Of a stretch of DNA of 64,000 nt, positions 18,270-28,678 are shown piece by piece. Source of the DNA: Acidimicrobiia bacterium (lineage in GTDB: Bacteria > Actinomycetota > Acidimicrobiia > Spongiisociales > Spongiisociaceae); NCBI GenBank assembly GCA_041576165.1, contig JBFGLM010000006.1, forward strand, positions 1 to 64,000, read 5' to 3'. The notes beneath the pieces are model-generated. The model was not told where the DNA came from, searched no databases, and was given only the letters and a program-made list of their open reading frames with translations. A program made the translations under genes and the position numbers. The number at the start of each line of letters is the position of its first letter. Within the stretch, counting starts at the first letter, position 1.

Positions 18270-19166
18270 TCAGCCTTCAACGATGCGCGCGACGGAACCG
18301 TCGGCGACCACGACGACGATCACCGCCCCCGACCCTTGAGTACGCGATCCGGATTCGGTTGTCTCCCACCATGCGGGCACACCGGCCGCCCCCATGACTT
18401 CCACCGGAGAATCGGCCGGGACCATGAGCGTCAACTCGCCGTCCAGCGCGATCTGGGTGTCGACGGCGGGCCGCCCAACTGTGACGGTCCCATCTCCAAC
18501 GACCGCCAGCCGGCGCAGGTCCAGGCCGCGGGTGGAAATCTCGAGGTCGCTCCCCGCCACATCGATCTCCCAAGCGGGCCCGCGGTGAAGGTCGACCATC
18601 CACCCCGATGACCGGAACCATCCTGCCCCCGACCGCTCCCGTAGCTGAATGACTGCGCTCGACGGAACGAGCCGTTCCAGTGCGTCGGGTGGGCCCGTCG
18701 ATCCGCCAGATCGAGCGAGGTGGACCTCGTAGAGGAAGTCTGATCCCGCGCGGACGGTGAGCGAACCCGACAGTTCGATTCCGATCTCGGCGGTGGTGAT
18801 GCCGGTGCCTCTCGGCCCCTCGATGTCGGCCGACGCTGATGGCAACCGGTCCCACTCCAGGAGATGCAGGCCCACCGCGGCGGCGAGCCAGCTGAAGAGC
18901 AACAGCGGCAGTACCGCACCGATCCGGGCGATGCCCCGGCGTCGCAGGGGCCATAGCGCGAGGGCGATGAGGAGGGCGACGAGCCACGCCGGCCAGAAGG
19001 AAACGATATCGAGCACCACAGCCGGCATCAGCAGGCCGCCCCAGGCTGCGATCCCGACCACCAGCAACGACACTGCGAACAGCAGCCAGCCGATGACCGG
19101 CCACGGGCTGAAGACCGCGACCTTGGCTTCGGTCTGCGGCTCGGGGGCAGCTGGTTCGTCCGTCAC
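18270..19166 (-). CDS. Hypothetical membrane protein with C-terminal beta-rich domain (LiaF-like?)
   Basis: Three N-terminal TM helices with WP motif; beta-rich C-terminus; overlaps the upstream gene by 4 nt. Confidence 0.65.
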   Translation of the reverse strand: MTDEPAAPEPQTEAKVAVFSPWPVIGWLLFAVSLLVVGIAAWGGLLMPAVVLDIVSFWPAWLVALLIALALWPLRRRGIARIGAVLPLLLFSWLAAAVGLHLLEWDRLPSASADIEGPRGTGITTAEIGIELSGSLTVRAGSDFLYEVHLARSGGSTGPPDALERLVPSSAVIQLRERSGAGWFRSSGWMVDLHRGPAWEIDVAGSDLEISTRGLDLRRLAVVGDGTVTVGRPAVDTQIALDGELTLMVPADSPVEVMGAAGVPAWWETTESGSRTQGSGAVIVVVVADGSVARIVEG

Positions 19167-19768
19167 CCGCTGAATGATGCCCCAAGCACGATCACGATGT
19201 CGGCCGCGGTGTCATCTCCGGGAAACGGGCCAACCTCGGCGTCGGGAAACTCGGCTGCCAGCACCTCTGCCTCCAACTCGAAGCCCGGTACGTACCACAG
19301 TGCGGTGGTGCTCAGGCGGGGACGATAGTTGTCCTGCTCGAGCATCTGATAGCCCAGCGCCGCCAGCTCGCGAGTGATCCGGGCTGCCAGCCCGTTCCGC
19401 CGCGTCGAGTTGAGCACGAGCACCGTGACCTCCTCGGGAGGACGGGGCTGTGGTTCGGTCGTGGTGGTCGTCGCCTGCGTCGTCGTGGTCGTGGGCTGGG
19501 TGGTCGTGGTGGTCGTCGCCTGCGTCGTCGTGGTCGTGGGCTGGGTGGTCGTGGTGGTCGTTGCGCGAGTGGTCGTCGTAGTTGCTACAGAGGTCGTGGT
19601 AGTGGATGTGCCGGCCACCGGGATGGTGTCGACGTCGTTGCTCAACCAGTTGCTGATGAGAACGGCGCCGCCAACCAGCACGATGAAAATCAGGACGACA
19701 TAGATGACCAGACGGATTGTTTCCGAGATCAGCCGCCCCCGCCCAGGCGCTGCGTGGCGACCAGACAT
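19163..19768 (-). CDS. LytR C-terminal domain membrane protein with Thr-rich linker
   Basis: GRHAA N-terminus, TM, poly-Thr, V.VLNST..GLA...L...GY and DIVIVLG motifs. Confidence 0.85.
   Translation of the reverse strand: MSGRHAAPGRGRLISETIRLVIYVVLIFIVLVGGAVLISNWLSNDVDTIPVAGTSTTTTSVATTTTTRATTTTTTQPTTTTTQATTTTTTQPTTTTTQATTTTTEPQPRPPEEVTVLVLNSTRRNGLAARITRELAALGYQMLEQDNYRPRLSTTALWYVPGFELEAEVLAAEFPDAEVGPFPGDDTAADIVIVLGASFSG
19457..19561. repeat. Perfect 45-bp coding tandem repeat (~2.3 copies) in the Thr-rich linker
   Basis: GGTCGTGGTGGTCGTCGCCTGCGTCGTCGTGGTCGTGGGCTGGGT twice plus a partial copy. Confidence 0.9.
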
Positions 19769-20019
19769 CAGCCCTCCGCCGGCCCTCGCTCCTCGCGCTC
19801 CGGTTGCACCCGTTGCGAAGCCCGCAGCCGCCGGAGGCGCCGCACGGTCAGCGGGTCGTAGTCGAGCGCAGCAGGCTTGTCGATCAGCGATCTCAGCACC
19901 TGGTAGTAGGTGGTGGCGCTGAACCCGAGATGCTCGCGAATGTCACGATCTTTCGGGCCGGGCAGCTTCCACCACGACCGCTCGAAGTCCAAGACCTGCC
20001 GTTCTCGCTTGCTCAACAT
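19768..20019 (-). CDS. DUF3263 family protein
   Basis: LS.RE..VLDFERSWW...G.K...IR....S...YYQ.L..LID...A..YDP..VRRLRR. Confidence 0.9.
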   Translation of the reverse strand: MLSKRERQVLDFERSWWKLPGPKDRDIREHLGFSATTYYQVLRSLIDKPAALDYDPLTVRRLRRLRASQRVQPEREERGPAEG

Positions 20020-20093
20020 GATACGGCCAGCGTATCGAGGCTCCGGGAAGCCGCGCGGTATTTGCGGTGATGGTGGGGCGGTCCGGAGGACGG

Positions 20094-20167
20094 AGCTGGC
20101 GGAGGGATTCGAACCCTCGACCTGCCGCTTACAAGGCGGCTGCTCTGACCACCTGAGCTACGCCAGC
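20094..20167 (-). tRNA. tRNA-Thr (anticodon TGT)
   Basis: GCTGGCG acceptor stem, GCCGC-CTTGTAA-GCGGC anticodon arm, GGTTCGAATCC T-loop. Confidence 0.97.
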
Positions 20168-20245
20168 GTGCGCACCGCACGTCAGCCCCGGAGTGTAACG
20201 GCTACCCGGATTCCCACATCGGAGATCTTCCGGTACGCGGCAGGG

Positions 20246-20974
20246 TCAGTCCACCTCGCCGAGATAGGCTTTCCGCATGTCGGGGTTGGCCAGCAGCCCC
20301 TCGGCGGTGTCGGCGAGCACGATTTGGCCGGTCTGCAGCACGTAGCCGCGATCCGAGATCGACAGGGCCATGTTGGCGTTCTGTTCGACCATGAAGACGG
20401 TCGTCCCTGCGTCATTGATCTGCTGGATGATGTCGAAGTTCTGGGCCACCAGCACCGGAGCCAGGCCCATCGACGGCTCGTCCATCAGCAGCACTTTGGG
20501 CCGCGCCATCATCGCGCGGCCGACGGCGACCATTTGCTGTTCACCACCCGACAGCGTCCCGGCCTTCTGCGCCAGCCGCTCCTTCACACGCGGGAACAGC
20601 TCGAAGATCCGCTCGAGGTCGTCGTCCAGCCCGTCGGTCCCGCGCAGGTATGCGCCAATCTCGAGGTTCTCCCGCACGGTCATACGTTTGAAGAGCCGCC
20701 GGTTCTCCGGGACCATCGATATGCCACGCGCCACGATGTCGGCCGTGCGCATCCCGCTGATCACTTCTCCATCGAGCACCACCTCGCCGGTGGTCGGCTC
20801 CACCATCCCGAGGATGGTCTTCAACGTCGTGGTTTTGCCCGATGCGTTGCCACCGAGCAGGCACACCATCTCCCCTTCGCCAATCGTCAGATTGACGTTC
20901 TTCAGGACGTGCACCGGCCCGTAGTGCGCGTTGACGTTTCGGAACTCGAGAACGGTCTCAGCCACCATTGCCAT
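20246..20974 (-). CDS. livF: Branched-chain amino acid ABC transporter ATP-binding subunit
   Basis: GGNASGKTT, VPENRRLF, LSGGEQQM and DEPSMGLAP motifs. Confidence 0.93.
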   Translation of the reverse strand: MAMVAETVLEFRNVNAHYGPVHVLKNVNLTIGEGEMVCLLGGNASGKTTTLKTILGMVEPTTGEVVLDGEVISGMRTADIVARGISMVPENRRLFKRMTVRENLEIGAYLRGTDGLDDDLERIFELFPRVKERLAQKAGTLSGGEQQMVAVGRAMMARPKVLLMDEPSMGLAPVLVAQNFDIIQQINDAGTTVFMVEQNANMALSISDRGYVLQTGQIVLADTAEGLLANPDMRKAYLGEVD

Positions 20975-21779
20975 CCGTCGGCCGGCCGAGATAGGCCTCG
21001 ATAACATCCTCGTTGGTAGATACCTGATCGTACGAACCCTCGGCGATCTTCACACCATGATCGAGCACCACGACCCTGTCCGACACGTCGCGCACCACCT
21101 TCATGTCGTGCTCGATGACCACCACCGTTAGCTTCAAATCGTCCCGCATCCGGCGAATGAGACCAACCAGTTCGAGGGTTTCTCTTGGGTTCATCCCTGC
21201 GGTCGGCTCATCCAGGAGTATCAGGTCGGGGTCAGTGGCGAGCGCCCGCGCAATCTCCAGCCGGCGCCGATTCGCGTACGAGAGAACAAATGCCGGCTGG
21301 TCGTGGCGGTAGCCGGTGAGGCGTGTTCCGAAGAACTCGAGCACCTCGGCTGCCCGCTCGTGGATGTCTTTCTCCTCCCGCCGGAACGATGGCGTTTGGA
21401 AGATGGTCGACCAGATCCCTTTCGAGGTGCGGCAGTGCTGGGCGACCATCACGTTCTCCAGCACGGTCATGTTGGGGAATAGACGAACGTTCTGGAATGT
21501 CCGTGCGATCCCCAACCGTGTGATCTCACTGGGTGGCAGGCCCGTGATGTCGTTCCCCTCGAAAAGGATCGAGCCTTCGTCCGGTACTGGTCGATGCTCC
21601 GATGATCCGGTCGACGGCAACATCCCCGAGATGGCATTGAAGAACGTGGTCTTGCCGGCGCCGTTCGGCCCAATGACGCTGACGATCTCACCCTGGTCGA
21701 CGCGAAAGTCGACCCCGCCGAGCGCCTGCAGACCGCCGAAGGCCTTCTTGAGGCTGACTGTCTCGAGCATCACACTCAT
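20958..21779 (-). CDS. livG: Branched-chain amino acid ABC transporter ATP-binding subunit
   Basis: GPNGAGKTT, IARTFQNVRLF, DEPTAGMN, IEHDM and VIEAYLG motifs. Confidence 0.93.
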   Translation of the reverse strand: MSVMLETVSLKKAFGGLQALGGVDFRVDQGEIVSVIGPNGAGKTTFFNAISGMLPSTGSSEHRPVPDEGSILFEGNDITGLPPSEITRLGIARTFQNVRLFPNMTVLENVMVAQHCRTSKGIWSTIFQTPSFRREEKDIHERAAEVLEFFGTRLTGYRHDQPAFVLSYANRRRLEIARALATDPDLILLDEPTAGMNPRETLELVGLIRRMRDDLKLTVVVIEHDMKVVRDVSDRVVVLDHGVKIAEGSYDQVSTNEDVIEAYLGRPTDGNGG

Positions 21780-23611
21780 GCGCTCACCTGCGCTTCTTCC
21801 TCAGCATCGACCGGACGTTCGCGCTTGGCCAGCCAGGCGTCCTGGAGCATCTCGTCGTGATGGAGCTCACGCGACCGTCGCACACTGGGTACCAGGCCCT
21901 CGGGCCGCTGCAGCATCATGTACACGAGCAACGCCCCGTAGATGAGCAGCTTGAATTCTTGGAACTCCTGCAGGACACCGGGCTGGGTCGGCCCGCCCAG
22001 GATGCCGATGAGGACGAACGCCCCGACGATCACACCGGGGATGCTGCCCATGCCGCCCACGATCACTACAACGAGCACAATGATGGAGACGAGCAACGCG
22101 AAGCTGTTCGGGAACACGGACCCGACCTTGACTGCGAACACCATGCCGCCAAACGCCGCCAGGATTGCGCCCACCACGAATGCGAGCAGCTTGACCTTCA
22201 CGGTGTCGATACCCATGGCTTCTGCCACCGACTCGTCTTCGCGCAACGCTGCCCAGGCCCGGCCGAGGCGGCTGCGCGACAGCCGGTACGAGATGTAAAT
22301 GGCGATCACGACGAAGACACCGGCGAAATACACGATCGACTGCGGATTGATCCCGGTGATGTCAACGCCAGGCGGGTTCACCTCCGCGCCCGGGATCTGG
22401 CGCACACCCTGGGCGCCGCCGAACGTGGGGGCGAGCCAGTCGGACAGGAACAGGATCCGGACGATCTCCCCGAAGCCGAGGGTAACGATGGCGAGGTAGT
22501 CGCCCCGCATCCGGATGACGGGCGTTCCGACCAGCAGGCCGGCAATGGCGGCCATGACGATGACGGCAGCCACGATCAGCCAACCTTCCCAACTGGCGAA
22601 GTTCAACGTCAGCATCGGGGCGATTCGGGGTGAGATGGGCGACGTCAGGATGGCCGTGGTGTACGCGCCCACGGCGAAGAATGCGACGTACCCCAGGTCG
22701 AGCAGGCCGGCGTACCCCACCACGATGTTGAGACCGAGCCCCATCAGCAGGAACAAGGCGACGTTGGCGAACAGCTCATTGACGAGGCTACCGACCAGCG
22801 TCGGCAGGATGATCGCCCCAACTGCGGCCACCAACCCGACGGTACGCCAGTAGCGGCGAGCTTCAGCGCGGCCCATTTCGCGAACGCGAATCCGGGAGCG
22901 GGCGATAGCCCCTTTGTACCGCCACGATAGGAACCCGGCCAGAAGAGCGACAACAATCGCGCCCGGGATGGTCAGGCCACCATTCACGTCGTACAGGAAT
23001 TCGGATACGAAGGTCAGGCCGATCTCGTCGAGGATGTCTTCGACGATCAGCTCCAGGATCGCTACCGCGAACGTCCAGGCGAAGGCTCCGGTGACTCCAC
23101 TGCGCACCCGGGGTGAGGTGCCCGCCAGCGCGCCTCCCACCGCGCCCAGCGCGGACCATCCGACCGCCAGGACGAGCAGACCGAAGGCGAACCCGCGGCC
23201 AAAGGTGACCAGGTCCACGACCCGGACAGTCAGGCGAATGAAGATGTCGCTGATGTCGAAGGTATCGATGGCGAGGGTGAAGAGCCACAGGCCAAGTCCG
23301 GAAACGAGTCCGACGGTTACGCCGGAGATGAGATGCCTGGATGAGACCTCTCCCCCCTCATCCCCGGGCAGGCGCAACTGGGCGGCCGCCACGTAGCCAA
23401 ACACCACCGGTGTCATGTACAGCACGGCATAGCCCAGGCTGATGATCGGCACAATCAAGATGCGTTCGTTGAACGTCTCCAGCATGCCGATCGACACTAT
23501 GAACGCGCCGGTGAGCGCCCCCAACAAGCCGCGGGAAATCAGGCGCCGCCAGTCGAGCGGTCGCTCGGGAAGCTCCATGCTCACGGTCTCGGGCGCGACG
23601 GTGGTGGCCAT
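21776..23611 (-). CDS. livM: Branched-chain amino acid ABC transporter permease with long N-terminal TM extension
   Basis: GLNIVVGYAGLLDLGYVAFFAVGAY, RGDYLAIVTLGFGEI and RPEGL motifs. Confidence 0.92.
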   Translation of the reverse strand: MATTVAPETVSMELPERPLDWRRLISRGLLGALTGAFIVSIGMLETFNERILIVPIISLGYAVLYMTPVVFGYVAAAQLRLPGDEGGEVSSRHLISGVTVGLVSGLGLWLFTLAIDTFDISDIFIRLTVRVVDLVTFGRGFAFGLLVLAVGWSALGAVGGALAGTSPRVRSGVTGAFAWTFAVAILELIVEDILDEIGLTFVSEFLYDVNGGLTIPGAIVVALLAGFLSWRYKGAIARSRIRVREMGRAEARRYWRTVGLVAAVGAIILPTLVGSLVNELFANVALFLLMGLGLNIVVGYAGLLDLGYVAFFAVGAYTTAILTSPISPRIAPMLTLNFASWEGWLIVAAVIVMAAIAGLLVGTPVIRMRGDYLAIVTLGFGEIVRILFLSDWLAPTFGGAQGVRQIPGAEVNPPGVDITGINPQSIVYFAGVFVVIAIYISYRLSRSRLGRAWAALREDESVAEAMGIDTVKVKLLAFVVGAILAAFGGMVFAVKVGSVFPNSFALLVSIIVLVVVIVGGMGSIPGVIVGAFVLIGILGGPTQPGVLQEFQEFKLLIYGALLVYMMLQRPEGLVPSVRRSRELHHDEMLQDAWLAKRERPVDAEEEAQVSA

Positions 23612-24897
23612 CAGGCGCGGTCCTCTGCCGCGAGGCGCTCACCCAACAGGCCAGATGGTCGGAAGATGAGCACGAGGAACAATGCATAAAAGGCGACGAC
23701 GTCCTTGATCTGGAACAGACCCGGGACCTCTTGGGACCAGCCCAGAAACGACGCAACCGCGCCGATGATGGCGATCCCGGCCGGCATGTACAGCGCAGCC
23801 CGCTTCATCCCAACAGCCGCCCCCAACGTGGCCAGGCCCACCAGCAGCAGCACCACGCCGAGTGCGGTCGGGATCTCCCAACGCAACCCGAACAGCACGA
23901 TCTGAGGCCCGAGACTCTCGAAGATCCCCAGCGCCAGGCCACCGAGCATCGCGCCAACGATGTTGCCGATGCCGCCAAGCACAGCCGCGGTGAACGCTTT
24001 GATCCCCGGCAAGAAGCCGGTGACGTGGTTGATCCCCCTGAACAGAAGCGCGAACAGCACGGCCGCAACCCCGGCCATTGCGCCACCCACAGCGAACGTT
24101 GTGACAATCGTCCGATCGACGTTGACCCCCATGAGCGCGGCGATCTCCTTGTCCTCGGCCACGGCCCGGATCGCCCTGCCGGTCTTGGTCCGGTTCACAA
24201 ACTGGTACAGCGCAAACATGGAGATGACGGCCACGACGATCACGAGCAGCCGCGTACCCTCGATCTCGATGATGCCCAGCGGCACCCGCTGCGTGAGCCA
24301 GTCCGGGGCTGCCGGGTAGCTCTTCACGTTCTCGCCGAAGAGACCGCGGACGGCGTTCTGCAAGAAGAACGAGACCCCGATGGATGTGATGAGCGGGATG
24401 AGCCGGGGTGCGGTACGGAGAGGACGGTAGGCCACGCGCTCCACGATCACGGCGGTGGCCGTGGAAGTGATCACCGCCGCCACAAACACGATGATTATCG
24501 AGAGGACAAACGCCGACTCCCACAACCCGCCGGGATTTGCGTCGGTGACACTGATGGCGGCGAGGGCTTCGGCAAAGAAGAACCCGACGATGGCTCCGAT
24601 CATGAATACTTCACCGTGGGCGAAGTTGATGAACCCGAGGATGCCGTACACCATCGAGTAGCCGAGGGCGATGAGGCCGTACAACGCTCCCTGTGCGATA
24701 CCCGCAATGAATAGATCGCGGAATTGCGCCCCGCTCTGAATGCCGCGGGCGCCTTCAACCGCCAACGCAATGTAGCCGACAATGCCCCACAGGATCACGA
24801 AGAGCGAGAAAACCTTGACGGCAAACAGGAACGAGTCAACCCAGTCGAGGCGGATACGCCGAGCTTGGGGGGCGACTTCAGTCGCAGCAGCTGTCAT
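23611..24897 (-). CDS. livH: Branched-chain amino acid ABC transporter permease
   Basis: YGLIALGYSMVYGILGFINFAHGE, KAFTAAVLGGIG and FRPSGLLG motifs. Confidence 0.93.
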   Translation of the reverse strand: MTAAATEVAPQARRIRLDWVDSFLFAVKVFSLFVILWGIVGYIALAVEGARGIQSGAQFRDLFIAGIAQGALYGLIALGYSMVYGILGFINFAHGEVFMIGAIVGFFFAEALAAISVTDANPGGLWESAFVLSIIIVFVAAVITSTATAVIVERVAYRPLRTAPRLIPLITSIGVSFFLQNAVRGLFGENVKSYPAAPDWLTQRVPLGIIEIEGTRLLVIVVAVISMFALYQFVNRTKTGRAIRAVAEDKEIAALMGVNVDRTIVTTFAVGGAMAGVAAVLFALLFRGINHVTGFLPGIKAFTAAVLGGIGNIVGAMLGGLALGIFESLGPQIVLFGLRWEIPTALGVVLLLVGLATLGAAVGMKRAALYMPAGIAIIGAVASFLGWSQEVPGLFQIKDVVAFYALFLVLIFRPSGLLGERLAAEDRA

Positions 24898-24938
24898 GAC
24901 TGGGCATCATTCAAGTCGAAGCGAGACACCTAGGTCGA

Positions 24939-24976
24939 GCAAAGCGGGCGCCGGATTCACCCGGCGCCCGCTTTGC
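24939..24976. terminator. Stem-loop after the substrate-binding gene (terminator or mRNA stabiliser)
   Basis: GCAAAGCGGGCGCCGG-attcac-CCGGCGCCCGCTTTGC, perfect 16-bp stem. Confidence 0.8.
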
Positions 24977-24994
24977 ATTCATGTCGTCAGTTGA

Positions 24995-26425
24995 TCATCC
25001 ACCCGTGATCAGATCGATGAGATCGGCCCGAGCGGCGCTGAACACCGCGGTGTCCCCGGCCGACGTCGCTTCGGCGTCGCCTTCGTGCAATGACACGGCG
25101 ATCCGCTGCGCTCCACAGTCACCGAACTCGTCGCAGGTGATCAACCCGATGATGCCCGGGAAATCAGCGGTGGCGTTCAGCTCGTCGCGCAGAGCCTGAC
25201 GGTCGATGAACAGCGTGCCGTCCTGTTCAACGGCGACATTCTCAACCGCCGTCAGCAGCATAATCGTCGCATCGTACGAATGCGCCCAGAACGCGGCACT
25301 CGGCACCTCGCCGTAGGTCTCCTCGTAACGAGCGAGGAAGTCCGTGGCGTTCATGCCGGTCGAGCTGGCGTTCTCGCCGAACGCAAGATCCGGACCCGAG
25401 AAATACATGCCTTCGGATTCGGGCAGCGCCAGGAAGTCGGACACCAGCAAGCCGTCGGCGCCGATCAGCGTCACGTCCTCCAGGCCCGACACACTTCCAA
25501 CCTGCTGAACGATGAAGTCACCTTCGGGCTGGAAGATGGGGAAGTAGATCGCTTCGGGTTCGAAGCCTGCTACCTCGGTCAGGACCGGCGTCATGTCGGT
25601 ATCGCCCTTGTTGACCGCCGTGAACACCACTATCTCTCCACCGAGCGCTTCATACGCGTTGGCGAACGCTTGGGCCAGACCGTTGGTGTACGGGTCACCG
25701 TCGTGGATCGCTGCAGCCTGTGTCAACCCGAGATCGTCGAACACGAACTTGGCGACGGCCGCACCCTGGAACAGGTCGTTGTGCGCAGTCCGGTAGTAGC
25801 CCGGGCTGTAGTCGGTGCCGGCATTGCCTTGCAGGTCGGACGTAAGCGCCGGCGAGGTGTTCGACGGCGAGATCATGACCATGCCGGCCTCACTGATCAG
25901 CGGTGCCGCAGCCACGGCTGCACCCGAGCAAGACGTGCCGATCACCCCGACGACCTTCTCGTCGGCCACGATCGTCTGACCGGCGGCCTGACCACCTTCT
26001 GCGGAGCAGAGGTCGTCGAGCCCCGTGCCGAGGTTCACGTTGTGGCCCATGATCGGGCCGTAGTCATCGATGGCGAACTGAATGGCGTTCTGGTTGGGGA
26101 TACCCAGGAACGCCACCGGGCCGGAAATGGCCTGGAGGCTCCTGATCTGGATGTCCTCACCTTCGGCGAGCTCGACCGCTCCGAGCGGACCGGGCTCAAA
26201 CGCCGCCATCGTCTCTTCTGGTGCTGCCTCGGTCGTTTCGGGGGCAGCTGTGGTTTCGGGGGCTGTCGTGGCCTCCGTCGTTTCTTCCGGTGCCTCTGCG
26301 CCGGCTGGCTCGGTGGTGTCCGCGGTGCCGTCGTCGCCGCCGCAGGCAGCAGCAACGAGCGCCAGCACCAAGAACAAGCCGAGTAGCCGCATCAGGCGCA
26401 CCCTGTTGTTAGTCACTTCGGTCAT
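24995..26425 (-). CDS. Branched-chain amino acid ABC transporter substrate-binding lipoprotein (LivK-like)
   Basis: Lipobox VAAAC; DDLCS, VIGTSCSGA, ISPSNTSP and YYRTA motifs; AGGAG SD. Confidence 0.92.
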   Translation of the reverse strand: MTEVTNNRVRLMRLLGLFLVLALVAAACGGDDGTADTTEPAGAEAPEETTEATTAPETTAAPETTEAAPEETMAAFEPGPLGAVELAEGEDIQIRSLQAISGPVAFLGIPNQNAIQFAIDDYGPIMGHNVNLGTGLDDLCSAEGGQAAGQTIVADEKVVGVIGTSCSGAAVAAAPLISEAGMVMISPSNTSPALTSDLQGNAGTDYSPGYYRTAHNDLFQGAAVAKFVFDDLGLTQAAAIHDGDPYTNGLAQAFANAYEALGGEIVVFTAVNKGDTDMTPVLTEVAGFEPEAIYFPIFQPEGDFIVQQVGSVSGLEDVTLIGADGLLVSDFLALPESEGMYFSGPDLAFGENASSTGMNATDFLARYEETYGEVPSAAFWAHSYDATIMLLTAVENVAVEQDGTLFIDRQALRDELNATADFPGIIGLITCDEFGDCGAQRIAVSLHEGDAEATSAGDTAVFSAARADLIDLITGG

Positions 26426-26518
26426 TAGCACTCTCCTAAATGAGAACGCCCTTCCAGATTCTTCCTCCATTTGGAAGGAGCGCCCGCAGATATTAGATCC
26501 AAACCACGCGCATCTGCG

Positions 26519-27265
26519 TCAGATCGAAACCTCGGTTGCGCTCGCTCGCATCCGGCTGATCTCGAACGCCGCCAGCGCTGCCGCTATCGAAGCATTCAAA
26601 CTCTCCACTCCGTCAGCCATCGGGATCGAAACGTTGAGGTCCACCCGTTCGGCCGCCAGCCGGCCCAAACCGCGCCCTTCCCCACCGATGACGACCGCTA
26701 CCGGCTCTGCGAGTAGCGCGAGACCGAACAACGATTCATCGGCATCTGCGGCAAGACCGACCGTCCAGATCTCCCGCTGCTTGAGGCGCGAGATGGCGTC
26801 GGCTATCGACGAGACGATCGCTACCGGAACATGCTCGAACGCCCCAGCGCCGGCCTTGAACGCCGCCGGGCCCAGTGGGGCTGCTCGCCGTTCGGCCACA
26901 ACGAGGCCGGTCATCCCGGCGGCCCACGCTGAACGAGCCGCGGCTCCGACGTTGTGGGGATCTTCGAGATGATCGAGAATCAGGATGGCCGCGTCGGGCC
27001 GGCTCAGATCATCTACTGAGAACAGCGGGATCGGAGTGGCGTCGAGGACCACACCCTGGGCGTTGGCCGATTGGGCAATGCCCTCCACGGTCTCGACCAG
27101 TTCGACGGCGGCGCCGCCCGCCCGGGCAACCTCGACCAGGGCAGCAATCTGATCGTGGCGCAGTCGGGAGCGCTCGACAGTGATTTTGCGGGCCCGTCCG
27201 GCGGCAACTGCGGCCGCCACCGCATGGACCCCCTCGACCCTAGGACCGATGCCAGGTGGTGCCAT
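26519..27265 (-). CDS. rlmB: 23S rRNA 2'-O-methyltransferase (TrmH/SpoU family)
   Basis: EG.HAV, LDHLEDPHNVGA..RS, GGEGRG and IPM...ESLNAS motifs; follows cysS. Confidence 0.88.
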   Translation of the reverse strand: MAPPGIGPRVEGVHAVAAAVAAGRARKITVERSRLRHDQIAALVEVARAGGAAVELVETVEGIAQSANAQGVVLDATPIPLFSVDDLSRPDAAILILDHLEDPHNVGAAARSAWAAGMTGLVVAERRAAPLGPAAFKAGAGAFEHVPVAIVSSIADAISRLKQREIWTVGLAADADESLFGLALLAEPVAVVIGGEGRGLGRLAAERVDLNVSIPMADGVESLNASIAAALAAFEISRMRASATEVSI

Positions 27266-28646
27266 CAGCTCCGTCGCGGATCGTGACACCGAGGGCGGCC
27301 AGGCCGTCCCGGATGGCGTCGGCGGCCGCCCAGTCCTTGTGAGCCCGGGCCTCCTCGCGCCGCCGCAGGATTCCCCCCATCATCCCATTGACGTCGCCGG
27401 CGGGCTCCGATCCCAGCGACGCCAGCAGCTCCGCCAGCCCGTCGGCGAGATCCGCGAGCGTGTCCTCGGCCAACTCCAGCCCAAGCACTTCGACCATCAC
27501 GTTGAACGCCGCAACGTATTCTGCAGCATCCTCGGCTCCGTCCAGCCGCCGGTTAGCCCCTCGCACCACGTCGAATAGGACTGCGAGGGCGACCGGGGTG
27601 TTGAAGTCCTCGTCCATGGCATCGACGAACCGTTCCATCGACTCGCCGTGTGGCGTCGGCCCGGCCTCGCCTGCCCTCGACCGAAAGGCTCTCAGTCGAT
27701 CCAGAGATTGGGCGGCGTCGGCCATCAGTTCTTCCGAGAACTCCAGTGGCGACCGGTAGTGGGCCCGCAGGTAGAACAGTCGCACAGCCGCGCCGCCGAA
27801 GGTCTCGATTGCGGTTTCCAGATCCAGGATGTGTCCGGTGGATTTCGACATTTTCTCCCCATCGAGGTTCAACATTCCGTTGTGGAGCCAGTACGTGGCG
27901 AACGGGCGGCCGCTCGCGCCTTCCGACTGGGCGATCTCGTTTTCGTGATGGGGGAAGATGAGGTCGGAGCCTCCGGCGTGAATATCAAACGGGGTCCCCA
28001 GGTACTTGGCAGCCATGGCCGAGCATTCGATGTGCCAACCCGGTCGGCCCGGCCCCCACGGGGACTCCCACGACGGTTCCCCGGGTTTGGCAGCCTTCCA
28101 CAAGGCGAAGTCGAGCGGGTCTTCTTTGTGTTCCCCGGGTTCAACCCGAGCTCCGGCTACGAGGTCGTCGAGGTTGCGCCCCGACAGTTTGCCGTAGTCA
28201 GGGTCGAGCCTCACCTTGAAGTAGACGTCACCATCGGCCGGATAAGCCAGTCCCTTGTCGATGAGCTGGTTGATCAACTCGATCATTTCTGGGATGTGTT
28301 CTGTAGCCCGGGGCTCGACGTCCGGAGTGAGGATGTTCAGCGCATCGGACGTCTCCCGAAACCGATCCGCCATCTGCTTGGCGAGCTCATCGGGCGAGAT
28401 TCCCAGCTCAAGGGCCGCATCGATGATCTTGTCTTCCACATCGGTCACGTTCTGGACGAAGGTCACGTCGTATCCCCGCCACTGCAAATAGCGACGAATC
28501 ACGTCAAAGGCCACCATGAACCGGCCGTGCCCCAGATGCGGGGCCGACTGCACGGTGGGGCCACATACGTACACACCGACCTTGCCTGCTACCAGCGGCT
28601 CGAGCGGCTGTTCAGTCCGGCCGAGGGTGTTGAAGACTCGAATCAC
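27240..28646 (-). CDS. cysS: Cysteinyl-tRNA synthetase
   Basis: YVCGPTV, HLGH, DFALWK, GRPGWHIECS, FPHHENE and KMSKS motifs. Confidence 0.98.
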   Translation of the reverse strand: MIRVFNTLGRTEQPLEPLVAGKVGVYVCGPTVQSAPHLGHGRFMVAFDVIRRYLQWRGYDVTFVQNVTDVEDKIIDAALELGISPDELAKQMADRFRETSDALNILTPDVEPRATEHIPEMIELINQLIDKGLAYPADGDVYFKVRLDPDYGKLSGRNLDDLVAGARVEPGEHKEDPLDFALWKAAKPGEPSWESPWGPGRPGWHIECSAMAAKYLGTPFDIHAGGSDLIFPHHENEIAQSEGASGRPFATYWLHNGMLNLDGEKMSKSTGHILDLETAIETFGGAAVRLFYLRAHYRSPLEFSEELMADAAQSLDRLRAFRSRAGEAGPTPHGESMERFVDAMDEDFNTPVALAVLFDVVRGANRRLDGAEDAAEYVAAFNVMVEVLGLELAEDTLADLADGLAELLASLGSEPAGDVNGMMGGILRRREEARAHKDWAAADAIRDGLAALGVTIRDGADGTTWHRS

Positions 28647-28678
28647 GCGCAGGGATGGTACCCACGCTCCGACGCAGC

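Noticed and set aside
19457-19561. 45-bp tandem repeat as a special element
   Set aside because: Explained as a coding Thr-rich linker, common in actinobacterial exported proteins
20020-20245. Genomic island integrated at tRNA-Thr
   Set aside because: No integrase, no duplicated tRNA 3' end noticed, and flanking genes have host-like composition
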